Below the pieces are notes generated by a model, which was not told where the DNA came from, ran no database searches, and saw only the letters and a program-made list of their open reading frames with translations. Both the position numbers and the translations under genes were made by a program. Shown here in pieces: positions 13,033 through 26,857 of a DNA stretch of 64,000 bases (its first letter is position 1; every line of letters begins with the position of its first letter). Source of the stretch: Eledone cirrhosa (Eukaryota); NCBI GenBank assembly GCA_964016885.1, contig OZ024766.1, forward strand, positions 9,920,001 through 9,984,000, given 5' to 3'.

Positions 13033-14772
13033 ATATATTTTGATTACAAGAATATTTTTCATTTATTAACATTTTGAATAATATAATATGTATATATATA
13101 TATATAGTATTTCAGCTCTGTAATATATTTGTTATTTTACATTGAGCTATTCTCATACTTGTAATTGGATATTATTTAATATTACCCACATTATATATAT
13201 GTATATATATATATATATTGATACAATGGCTTAGTGGTTAGAGCATTGGCCTTGCAATCGAAAGGTTGTGAGTTCAATTCTCAGACCGGGTGATGTGTTG
13301 TTTCCTTGAGCAAGACACTTTATTTCACATTGCTCCAGTTTACTCAGCTGTAGAAATGAGATGATAGGGACTGGGGTCCCTATCATTCCACTGTAAAGTG
13401 GTTGTGGAGGTGCCACGGCAAAAAAGCACCCAGCACTCACTGTAAATGAGGTTGGTGTTAGGAAGGGCATCCAGCTGTAGAAATCAAGCCAGAATCAGTT
13501 CCCGTCCCACCCTTGCAAGCAGGGAAAAAGCGGACGTAAAAATGAAATGAATGATGAATGATATATATATATATCATCATCATCATCCTTTTATGTCCGC
13601 TTTTCCCTGCTTGCAAGGGTGGGACGGGTCCTATTCAGCATAGCATCTCCTCCATAAGTTTCAGCGATCTGAGGTCAGCTCTCATCACCTCCGCCCATGT
13701 TTTTCGTTTTCTTCCTCTACTGGGATTTCTTGGCACTTCTTTACCCAGCGGTCATCCTCCATGCGCATCACATGTCCATACCATCTGTCTTCTCTCCCGC
13801 ACACCCCACAACTTATCCCTCAACTCATCTATGCTTGGTCGTTTACGCACACTGACATTGCACATCATATATATCATCATCATCATCATTTAACGTCTAT
13901 CTTCCACGCTAGCATGGATGTAGCTGGGAATAGTCCCACTTCAGGCAAGATTGGTCGGGTGACCGTGTCTCGCTCGTATAGGACTGTCTGGCAGGTTTTC
14001 TGTGGCTGGATGCCCTTCCTAACACCAACCACGTTTACAGTGTGGACTGGGAGGTTTTTACCATGTTACCTACACAACCTCATTTATTTTGGACTGGAGG
14101 TTGTGATCATCATCATCACCGTTTTACGTCCGTTCTTCCACGCTAGCATGGGTTAGATGGGTTGTCCTGTTGTGGGCAGTGTCTGGTCGGCTGACCATGC
14201 CTTGCTCATACAGGAACTGATTTGGCTTGATTTCTACAGCTGGATGCCCTTCCTAACACCAACCTCATTTACAGTGAGTGCTGGGTGCTTTTTCGGGGCG
14301 CCTACACGTCCACTTTACAGTGTGGGCTGGGTGCTGTTTCGTGGCGCCTACACGTCCACTTTACAGTGTGGGCTGGGTGCTTTTTTGCCGTGGCACCTCC
14401 ACGACCACCTTACGGTGGGGCGCGTGGGGGCATATTGTCTATATGCTTCAGCTTGTACCCATGGGAGGTCGGGTACTCTGTATTACTGCGTGACGCCAGA
14501 GGTCACGGTCGTGTGTCATCGCCTTTGAGAGGTGTAATTGGGTAATATAGATATATATATATATATATATATATCCATCCTGTTGATTTCCTTCAAATGA
14601 AACAGTTCTAGTCCTGTAGAAGCCATTTCTATATTAAACATTTATACTCTGCTAGGTATTGAGTACCTTACTTACTGGGGTTACCCCCGATTGAACCCGG
14701 GATAAATATATAGTACCGGAACTGTGATCTCTCAAAAATGACAAAGAAAACCATTTTATACAAAAAAACACC

Positions 14773-14778
14773 TTTATT
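14773..14778 (-). promoter_or_regulatory. Putative WDR70 polyadenylation signal AATAAA
   Basis: About 135 nt downstream of the stop, followed by T/GT-rich sequence on the minus strand. Confidence 0.6.
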
Positions 14779-14913
14779 ACATCACCATCACCACCACCAT
14801 CATCATCATCATCATCATCTCGGACATCATCATCATCATCACCTCCATCGCGGACATCATCATCATCGCCATCACCTCCATCGCGGGCATCTTCATCATC
14901 ATCACCACCATCA

Positions 14914-15070
14914 TCATCTCAATGACACCTTGCGTTTCTTCGTGAAGGGCTCTGCATTGTCACCGCCGCCGCCACCACCGCCGCCACCAGTATTATTATC
15001 ATCATCATCGTCGTCATCATCTTCGTCACTGCAACCAGTGCTAGTCTGGAAGATGGGTTTGGGCTGCGTG
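14914..15070 (-). CDS. WDR70: WDR70 exon 17, last (STQPKPIF...[13 protein letters not shown])
   Basis: 157 nt to TGA at 14916-14914; basic KKRK C-terminus. Confidence 0.93.
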
Positions 15071-15342
15071 CTGGGAGACAGAAAGCCAAAAACAATGAGA
15101 GAGACTTGTGTGAGTGTGTGATTTGAGGGAGATTTGGCTGCTATTTCTACCAGGTCTAGCTACCATGATGAGGTCTACCTCATTAGATCATATATATATA
15201 TATATACACGCAAACATCCATACATATATATATATATACACACGCAAACATCCATATAAGACAACAGTGTGTCATTTGAGGGAGGTTTGGCTGCTATTTC
15301 TACCAGGTCTAGCTACCATGATGAGGTTTACCCCATTAGATC

Positions 15343-15377
<35 letters not shown>

Positions 15378-15486
15378 CACATGCAAACTTCCATACATAC
15401 ATATAAGACAACAGTGTGTCATTTGAGGGAGGTTTGGCTGCTATTTCTACCAGGTCTAGCTACCATGATGAGGTCTACCTCATTAA

Positions 15487-15548
<62 letters not shown>

Positions 15549-16060
15549 TGAGATTCTACAGGACTAGAACTGTTTCATTCTTTAGAAATCATCAGGAATC
15601 TGGGTATCAAAAAATAAATATGATATTTATAGGCCTCTACAAGTGGTAGGAGAGGGTGGGGAGTGGGATGGGTGCAGGTCATTGGTTGATAGAAAAGGGA
15701 ATTCATTAAAAGCTAATTCTACAAAGCTATAGTTTATTTTTATTTATTTATGTTTTTAGAGTAACAAGGGCAGACAGAATTCTATAAACAGGTTCCGGAT
15801 GGCATACCATTCCTTGTCAATAAGTTTCTCTTAAGCTAACAGATGTCTATAAGATCAGTGGGGGGTCAGTCATGGTAGATAGAATTAAAGGAAAGGGAGA
15901 TTCTTTAAAAGCTAAATTCATTAAGGTTCTACTAAGTGACAAAGGTTTAGAGAATTCTGTAGACAAATTCAGAATACTGAGTGCATATCTTACAAATATC
16001 TTCGAACTTCTCTTAAACTAATCAACTATATGCCAAAAATCAACAGACACGTTCACAAAA

Positions 16061-16091
<31 letters not shown>

Positions 16092-16236
16092 CACGCAAAC
16101 ATCCATACATACATATATATATACACACGCAAACATCCATACATACATATAAGACAACAGTGTGTCATTTGAGGGAGGTTTGGCTGCTATTTCTACCAGG
16201 TCTAGCTACCATGATGAGGTCTACCCCATTAGATTA

Positions 16237-16279
<43 letters not shown>

Positions 16280-19200
16280 GCAAACATCCATACATACAGA
16301 TATATATACACACGCAAACATCCATACATACATATATATATATATACACACGCAAACATCCATACATACATATATATATATATATACACGCAAACATCCA
16401 TACATACAGATATATATACACACGCAAACATCCATACATACATATAAGACAACAGTGTGTCATTTGAGGGAGATTTGGCTGCTATTTCTACCAGGTCTAG
16501 CTACCATGATGAGGTCTACCTCATTAAATCATATATATATATGGGGTTATTAGAATTAGTGTCGGATATATATCGTGTAGGTGTCACAACAAAATAATAC
16601 ACAGTCCACGCTGTAATGTGGCCATGTAGGCAACACGGTAAAAAGTTCCCAGTTCCACACTGTAAATGTGGTTGGTGTTAGGAAGGGCATCCAGCCGTAG
16701 AAAACCTGCCAGATAGTCCTATACGAGCGAGACACGGTCACCCGACCAACCTTGCCTCAAATAATAGAATACAAAAGATAGTACTAATGGGAACTGGCCA
16801 TATACTAAGGAAGATTCTGTCAATATAAGTACATCACAAGTCTAAACACCTAAAGATGCATGTATGTGTGTATGTGTTCCTTCTTGAACATGGCGGACCT
16901 TGTTGTCTCTTGAGGTGACTGGTTGTGTCTTGGTGATAACTCGTATGAACATAAAGCAAGATAAATGAAAAAATAATAATAAAAAGTTCCCAGTTCCACA
17001 CTGTAAATGTGGTTGGTGTTAGGAAGGGCATCCAGCCGTAGAAAACCTGCCAGATAGTCCTATACGAGCGTAAACAGTCACCTGACCAACCTTGCCTCAA
17101 GTGGGACAACTCCCGTCTAACTCATGCTAGCGTGGAAAGTGGACGTTAAACGAGGATGATATATATACATAAACATACATATATAAGACAGAAGGGTGTG
17201 ATTTGAGGGAGATTTGATGGTGTACATACCTTCGATAGGCCGGTGACACCCAGTATGGGTTCTCTTCAGCATCCTTTGCGTGTCTGAGGATTGCCTCCCT
17301 TGGATTCAGGTCACAAGGGTCAGGTTTCTGTAGGACCAGCTGCTGTACGACATACTGAGAAAGTGTGGCTCCATGGGCACCGACACGACCTCCCTCACCT
17401 GGAAGCAAAATAATAATAATAATAATAATTGTTTCTACTTTTTGGCACAAGGCCAGCAATTACCCAGTGCATTACTGGTACTTTATTTTATCGACCCCGT
17501 AAGGATGAAAGGCAAAGTTAACCTTAGAGGGATTTGAACTCAGACCGTAAAGGGACGTAACTATGCTGGAAAGCATGGCGTCGGACCTTCTACCGATACT
17601 GCCAATCCACCGCCATGAAATAATTATAATAATAATTCGACACAAGAGTGCAAGAGAAGGAGAGGGAGAAAATTAACCGATACCAGGACTTAAAGTGGGA
17701 GGTAAAAAGGATTTGGAACTGCCATGAAGTCAAGGTCATCCCGATTGTCATAGGCGCACTAGGTACTATCTCAAAAAGTTTCCAAGGATGGTTAAAGAAG
17801 ATTAGTCCAGCCGTGCTTTTTGGAACACTTCAAAAGGCATGCTTGCTGGGAACAGCAAGAATCCTCCGAAACGTCCTGAATATCTGAGGCTGCAGGTAGC
17901 GACTTGATATTCATTTCAACAAACTTTCCAGTTAAATAACTGTTTCTACTTTTGGCACAAGGCCAGCAATTACCCAGTACATTACTGGTACTTTATTTTA
18001 TCGACCCCGTAAGGATGAAAGGCAAAGTCAACCTCGGCGGGATTTGAACTCAGATCGTAAAGGGACGTAACTGTGCTGCAAAGCATAGCGGCGTCTGACC
18101 CTCTACCGATACTGCCAATCCACCACCACTTTCCAGTTAAATAACATCAATGACTAAGACTCAAAGAACAATAATAATAAAAATGGTTTCTTCATTGGCC
18201 ACAAGGGCTAACATGAAGAAAAACATTACAGACGGCACAGAACGGTAGAGGACGATACAAAGCGGGTTTTGGCCGTGTAAAAAGGTTATAACAAGAAGAT
18301 AGGAATGTGTAAAAATAAATAATAAAAAAACAAAAGCACAAGGCCAGCAATTATCTCAGTGTATTACTGGTACTTTATTTTACCTTAGTGGGAGGGAAAA
18401 GAAGAAGAAAAAGAGGAAGAAAGACAGCGGAAACTCACCTGGTCCAGAAACTGGTAGATCTGGTCTTCGTGTTTTAACGGGATCCTTACGTACCTTCTCT
18501 TCTTGTTTTCTGGTACTCATGGGGCGACCCTCGCGGAACATGGGCAGTGCATATGCTGCAAATGTGACGAATAGAGGGCAGGGATAGAAAGAGAAAGAGA
18601 GAGAGAGAGGTATTAGACAACGGTTGTGGGATGTGCAAGTGTAAGGGAGAGTGAGAGTGTAACTATAAATGTGAGTGTGAGTGTAACTATATGAAAGAGT
18701 TTGAGTGAAAGTGTATCTATGAGTGAGTGCAAATATGAACGTGTGAGTGAGTGTAACTTCAAGTGAGAGTTTGAGTGTGACTTCAAGTGGGAGTTTGAGT
18801 GAGAGTGTAACTTCAAGTGAGAGTTAGAGTGTAAGTGTAACTTCACGTGAGAGTTTGAGTGAGCATGTATTTTCAAGTGAGAGTTTGAGTGAAAGTGTAA
18901 CTTCAAGTGAGAGTTTAGTTTCGAGAATCTCAGTGGAAGTGTAACTTCAAGTGAGAGTTTGAGTGTGAGTACAACTTCAAGTGAGAATTTGAGTGAGAGT
19001 GTAACTTCAAGTGAGAGTTTGAGTGTGAGTACAACTTCAAGTGAGAGTTTGAGTGTGAGTACAACTTCAAGTGAGAGTGTAACTTCAAGTGAGAGTTTGA
19101 GTGTGCGTACAACTTCAAGTGAAAGTTTGAGTAAAAGTGAAACTTCGAGTGTAACTATGAGTGGAGTGTAACACTCACGTGTGATGATGTGTTGGTCTGT

Positions 19201-22200
19201 AATCATCTCTATCTGCTTCACTTTGTGTTCCTTCTTCACCACACACAAGAGGGCGCCACTGGAATGGTGAGATGAGGAGAGGTCAGAGGTCAAAGGTCGA
19301 GTTATATTTGGGACGTACACTACTACTACCAGAACAACAAAACAACACTACACCACCACTACCACTACCACAACAACACTACACCACCACCACTACCACT
19401 ACTACAACACTACACCACCACCACTACCACAACACTACACCACCACCACTACCACTACTACAACACTACACCACCACCACTACTACAACACTACACCACC
19501 ACCACTACCACTACAACACTACACCACTACCACTACCACTACTACACCACCACCACTACCACTACTACAACCACCACAACCCAACACTACACCACCACCA
19601 CTACCACTACCACAACAACACTACACCACCACCACTACCACTACTACAACACTACACCACCACCACTACCACTACTACAACACTACACCACCACCACTAC
19701 CACTACCACAACAACACTACACCACCACCACTACCACTACAACACTACACCACCACCACTACCACTACAACACCACCACACCACCACTACTACCACAACA
19801 ACACTACACCACCACCGTTACCACCACAACAACACTACACCACCACCACTACCACAACAACACTACACCACCACCACTACACCACCACTACTACCACAAC
19901 ACTACACCACCACCACTACCACTACTACCACAACAACACTACACCACCACCACTACTACAACACTACACCACCACCGTTACCACTACTACACCACCACCA
20001 CTACTACAACACTACACCACCACCTCCCCACCACACCACTACTTACCGTCTACTCTTCTTAGTGTCGTAAAACAGCACCACTACACCACCACCACTACCA
20101 CAACAACACTACACCACCACCACTACTACAACACTACACCACCACCACCACACCACTACTTACCGTCTACTCTTCTTAGCGTCGTAAAACAGCACCACTA
20201 CACCACCACTACTACCACTACTACCACTACAACAACACTACACCACCACCACTACTACAACACTACACCACCACCACCACACCACTACTTACCGTCTACT
20301 CTTCTTAGTGTCATAAAACAGCACCACTTTACCATTTCCACACCCGACAGCTATTTGATTCAGTTTGGGGTGCCACAGACATCTCACAGCACTCTGTCAG
20401 GGGAACAAGTTTTGGAAAACTGGTCAGATAATAACAATTGTTTCTACTTTTGGCACAAGGCCAGCAATTAGCCCAGTGTATTACCGGTACTTTATTTTAT
20501 TAACCATATAAACATGAAAGGCAAAGTGGACTGGCTGCTTTTTGTCATGACACCTACATGACCACTTTACAGTGTGGACTGGGTGTCTTTTTCACATGTC
20601 ACCAACACAAATACTTTACAGAGTGTTACTGGCTATCAGACATAGTATATCTAGGACTACATTATCTAATATACAGTACAGTAGTTAGTATTAGTGGCTA
20701 TCAGACATAGTATATCTAGGACTATATTATCTAATGTACAGTATAGTAGTTAGTATTAGTGGCTATCAGACATAGTGTATCTAGGACTACATTATCTAAT
20801 GTACAGTACAGTAGTTAGTATTAGTGGCTATCAGACATAGTGTATCTAGGACTACATTATCTAATGTACAGTACAGTAGTTAGTATTAGTGGCTATCAGA
20901 CATAGTGTATCTAGGACTACATTATCTAATGTACAGTACAGTAGTTAGTATTAGTGGCTATCAGACATAGTATATCTAGAACTACATTATCTAATATACA
21001 GTACAGTAGTTAGTATTAGTGGCTATCAGCTATAGTATATCTAGAACTACATTATCTAATGTACAGTACAGTAGTTAGTATTAGTGGCTATCAGACATAG
21101 TATATCTAGAACTACATTATCTAATGTACAGTACAGTAGTTAGTATTAGTGGCTATCAGACATAGTATATCTAGGACTACATTATCTAATGTACAGTACA
21201 GTAGTTAGTATTAGTGGCTATCAGACATAGTATATCTAGAACTACATTATCTAATATACAGTACAGTAGTTAGTATTAGTGGCTATCAGACATAGTGTAT
21301 CTATGACTACATTATCTAATGTACAGTACAGTAGTTAGTATTAGTGGCTATCACACATAGTATATCTAGGACTACATTATCTAATGTACAGTACAGTAGT
21401 TAGTATTAGTGGCTATCAGACATAGTATATCTAGAACTACATTATCTAATATACAGTACAGTAGTTAGTATTAGTGGCTATCACACATAGTATATCTAGA
21501 ACTACATTATCTAATATACAGTACAGTAGTTAGTATTAGTGGCTATCAGCCATAGTATATCTAGAACTACATTACCTAATATACAGTACAGTAGTTAGTA
21601 TTAGTGGCTATCAGACATAGTATATCTAGGACTACATTATCTAATGTACAGTACAGTAGTTAGTATTAGTGGCTATCAGCCATAGTATATCTAGAACTAC
21701 ATTATCTAATGTACAGTACAGTAGTTAGTATTAGTGGCTATCAGACATAGTATATCTAGAACTACATTATCTAATGTACAGTACAGTAGTTAGTATTAGT
21801 GGCTATCAGACATAGTATATCTAGAACTACATTATCTAATATACAGTACAGTAGTTAGTATTAGTGGCTATCAGACATAGTATATCTAGAACTACATTAT
21901 CTAATGTACAGTACAGTAGTTAGTATTAGTGGCTATCAGACATAGTGTATCTAGGACTACATTATCTAATGTACAGTACAGTAGTTAGTATTAGTGGCTA
22001 TCAGACATAGTGTATTTAGGACTACATTATCTAATGTACAGTACAGTAGTTAGTATTAGTGGCTATCACACATAGTATATCTAGGACTACATTATCTAAT
22101 GTACAGTACAGTAGTTAGTATTAGTGGCTATCACACATAGTATATCTAGAACTACATTATCTAATGTACAGCACGATAGTTAGTATTAGTGGCTATCAGC

Positions 22201-25200
22201 CATAGTATATCTAGAACTACATTATCTAATGTACAGCACAGTAGTTAGTATTAGTGGCTATCACACATAGTATATCTAGAACTACATTATCTAATATACA
22301 GTACAGTAGTTAGTATTAGTGGCTATCACACATAGTATATCTAGGACTACATTATCTAATGTACAGTACAGTAGTTAGTATTAGTGGCTATCACACATAG
22401 TATATCTAGGACTACATTATCTAATGTACAGTACAGTAGTTAGTATTAGTGGCTATCACACATAGTATATCTAGGACTACATTATCTAATGTACAGTACA
22501 GTAGTTAGTATTAGTGGCTATCAGACATAGTATATCTAGGACTACATTATCTAATGTACAGTACAGTAGTTAGTATTAGTGGCTATCAGACATAGTATAT
22601 CTAGTACTACATTATCTAATGTACAGTACAGTAGTTAGTATTAGTGGCTATCACACATAGTATATCTAGGACTACATTATCTAATGTACAGTACAATAGT
22701 TAGTATTAGTGGCTATCAGCCATAGTATATCTAGAACTACATTATCTAATGTACAGTACAGTAGTTAGTATTAGTGGCTATCACACATAGTATATCTAGG
22801 ACTACATTATCTAATGTACAGTACAGTAGTTAGTATTAGTGGCTATCACACATAGTGTATCTAGGACTACATTATCTAATGTACAGTACAGTAGTTAGTA
22901 TTAGTGGCTATCAGACATAGTATATCTAGGACTACATTATCTAATGTACAGTACAGTAGTTAGTATTAGTGGCTATCACACATAGTATATCTAGGACTAC
23001 ATTATCTAATGTACAGTACAGTAGTTAGTATTAGTGGCTATCAGACATAGTATATCTAGAACTACATTATCTAATGTACAGCACAGTAGTTAGTATTAGT
23101 GGCTATCAGCCATAGTATATCTAGGACTACATTATCTAATGTACAGTACAGTAGTTAGTATTAGTGGCTATCAGACATAGTATATCTAGAACTACATTAT
23201 CTAATGTACAGTACAGTAGTTAGTATTAGTGGCTATCAGACATAGTGTATCTAGGACTACATTATCTAATGTACAGTACAGTAGTTAGTATTAGTGGCTA
23301 TCAGCCATAGTATATCTAGGACTACATTATCTAATGTACAGTACAGTAGTTAGTATTAGTGGCTATCAGACATAGTATATCTAGAACTACATTATCTAAT
23401 GTACAGTACAGTAGTTAGTATTAGTGGCTATCAGACATAGTATATCTAGAACTACATTATCTAATGTACAGCACAATAGTTAGTATTAGTGGCTATCAGC
23501 CATAGTATATCTAGGACTACATTATCTAATGTACAGTACAGTAGTTAGTATTAGTGGCTATCAGCCATAGTGGTCCTAGGAGCAACATAAAATGAAGTAT
23601 CTTGCTCAAGAACACACCAAACAACCCAGTCCAGGAATCAAACCCACGAAATTATGATCCTAAGTCCAGTTTATGTCGCTATATATAAGAATATACACAG
23701 AAAGAGGAGACTTACGCTGTCTGTCACCTCAATACTGGTGACAGTCTTCAAAGTTTCTCTGTCCAGGAAGACCAGCTTGCCGTTGCCGCCATTGCGACCC
23801 ACTGACAATCCTGTTAAGACGATCCTGTCGTTCGGACTGAACATACAGTCGGTCCTGTGTTTGATAAGAGAGGAAGAGGAAATATATATATATATATATA
23901 TAACAAAGTGCAGGGCAATAAAGATAGACGGTAGCCACGGAGTAGGCAGACCCAGAAAAACCTGGGACGAGCTGATAAATTCCGACCTCACACACTTACA
24001 CCTCTCCAAGACAATGTCACTGGACCGAGACCTTTGGCGGTACTCAGTAATAGAGAAGACCCGCCTTACCTAAATACAAAGTAAAAACCTACTACAGTCA
24101 GTAGGCACCTCTATCAAAACACACCCCCGTCCCACCACCTCCACCCCACCCACACCGCCCCTTCCAATGTACAGTTATGTTGGTCCCACAACATCCAGGC
24201 CGAAACAAATGAGGTCGTGTAGGTGTCACGACAAAAAACACACAATCCACGCTGTAAATGTGGCCGTGTAGGCAACACGGTAAAAACCTCCCAGCCCCAC
24301 ACTGTAAATGTGGTTGGTGTTAGGAAGGGCATCCAGCTGTAGAAAACCAGCCAGACAGTCCACGCTGTAATGTGGCCGTGTAGGCAACACGGTAAAAACC
24401 TCCCAGCCCCACACTGTAAATGTGGTTGGTGTTAGGAAGGGCATCCAGCTGTAGAAAACCCGCCAGACAGTCCACGCTGTAATGTGGCCGTGTAGGCAAC
24501 ACGGTAAAAACCTCCCAGCCCCACACTGTAAATGTGGTTGGTGTTAGGAAGGGCATCCAGCTGTAGAAAACCAGCCAGACAGTCCACGCTGTAATGTGGC
24601 CGTGTAGGCAACACGGTAAAAACCTCCCAGCCCCACACTGTAAATGTGGTTGGTGTTAGGAAGGGCATCCAGCTGTAGAAAACCCGCCAGACAGTCCACG
24701 CTGTAATGTGGCCGTGTAGGCAACACGGTAAAAACCTCCCAGCCCCACACTGTAAATGTGGTTGGTGTTAGGAAGGGCATCCAACTGTAGAAAACCCGCC
24801 AGACAGTCCTATGCGAGCAAGACAACCACTCTTGCCTCAAGTGGAAAAACCCCCGTCCAAACCCATGCAAGCGTGGAACACGGACGCTAAACCTGATGAT
24901 GATGATGATGATGATACATTTAAAGTGTACGATAAACACGAAATGTGTTTACATTGCAACAGACAAAGTTAGCCATTAATGAAATAAACTAATAAAAGTG
25001 AATACAATTTGTCTGTCTCGATATAAGTCAATAAAGACAATATTATATTGGCAACAGCCAATTAAATGTATTAACTGCTCGGAAGAGACCCTTCCTGGAG
25101 CTTAATTATTGTAAATGACTGAGAGTTTATTCTCAAAATATAATATAATGTATTGCTCCTTTATTGTATGAGCTGATCCTTAATCCTGCATAAGCGGCTG

Positions 25201-26821
25201 TTATTTCTAGCACCGTGAATGTGGGATAGCTAGTTTTGGCCTGCCTACCCACGTGTAGTCAGTCCTGAAAAATGTTTGATGTGTGATAAACTAATCTTAC
25301 TGGATTCCTGTTGATAAGCACAGAAGATTTGGGTATTTCACTCTTTTATTTCTATTCCATTTCGATTCTCTTTATTTTTCAATTCACATTCCACCGTTGC
25401 GAAACTTATTTGGGTTTCGAGGTTCAAATTCGTCTACAGAACAGGTTTGAATTTTGAAATTTAAATATGTCCAGGAATCATGGCAGTTGCCAATATAATC
25501 TTGTCTTTATTGACTTATATCGAGACAGACAAATTGTATTCACTTTTATTAGTTTATTTCATTAATGGCTAACTTTGTCTGTTGCAATGTAAACACATTT
25601 CGTGTTTATCGTACACTTTAAATGTATTAACTGCTCGGAAGAGACCCTTCCTGGAGCTTAATTATTGTAAATGACTGAGAGTTTATTCTCAAAATATAAT
25701 ATTATATATATATATATAACGAAGGAAATATGGTAAGGAACCAGATGGACCATAACGCACCAAAGTACTCAATACTTAGGGTAGTAGAGTGGGTAATAGG
25801 AACGAGTAGGACCCCGACGGCTGAGCGCAAGCCGTTTCGACAGCTAATTCTGGACTAAATGAAAATTTTTATCCTGGTACATGAATAGCCGAGCTTCTCA
25901 GGGGGTAATTCCATATATGGTAAAAGTGATTGTCACAAGGAATGGTGAAAAGTTCAGCAAGTTCAGCTACCCCTTCCTTCCACAAATTGCCATGATAGAA
26001 TTATGTGTCTCAACAACAAACTTTTGACCAATCCTTGTGACAATCACTTTTACCATATATGGAATTACCCCCTGAGAAGCTCGGCTATTCATGTACCAGG
26101 ATAAAAATGTTCATTTAGTCCAGAATTAGCTGTCGAAACGGCTTGAGCTCAGCCGTCGGGGTCCTACTCATTTCTATAAATATATATATATATGTATATA
26201 CATAAGTAGTTGATAGCTTCCGGTACCTAGGTGATCAGATTAGCATGGGAGGGGTGGTGGTGGGGTTCCGAGGCCATAGTATCAGGAATAAGGAAGGGGT
26301 TGGAAGAAGTTTAGGGAGGTGCTTCCTCTGCTGACAAAGAAGGGTTTCTCCCTGCGTACGAAAGGCCGGTTATATGATGCCAGTGTGAGGAGTGCGATGC
26401 TGCATGGTAGTGAGATATGGGCAGCAACTGTGGAGGATATGCGACGGATGGAGAGAAATGAAGCAAGCATGCTCCGTTGGATGTGCAATGTCAATGTGCG
26501 TGAACGACCAAGCATAGACGAGTTGAGAGAGAAACCGTGTCTGAGAGGGAGAAGTTGTGGTGTGCGGGAGAGAAGACTGAGATGGTATGGACATGTGATG
26601 TGCATAGAGGATGACCGCTGGGTGAAGAAAGTGCGAAGAAATCCCAGTAGAAGGTAGACGCAGTAGAGGAAAACCACAAAAAACTTGGGTGGAGGTGGTG
26701 ATAGCAGACATCAGATCGCTGAAGCTCACGGAGGAGATGACGAAGGACCGTGACAAGCGGAGAGATGCTGTGCTGAATAGGAACCGTCCCACCCTTGCAA
26801 ACGGAAAAGCAGATGTAAAAA

Positions 26822-26857
<36 letters not shown>

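Larger units (their letters stand above)
11773..13084. repeat. Large fold-back element interrupted by two RTE-tail insertions
   Basis: Core arms 12172-12338 vs ~12376-12541; outer arms 11773-11834 vs 13023-13084. Confidence 0.88.
25804..26169. repeat. Fold-back inverted repeat, ~150-bp near-identical arms
   Basis: 25804-25955 vs ~26018-26169. Confidence 0.92.

Noticed and set aside
15600-16055. Penelope ORF remnant next to the family B motif
   Set aside because: No recognisable RT or GIY-YIG motif could be read in any frame.
25301-25480. Hammerhead in the 24.9-25.7 kb element
   Set aside because: The core reads CTGTTGA and stem III is not convincing; at most a decayed relic.
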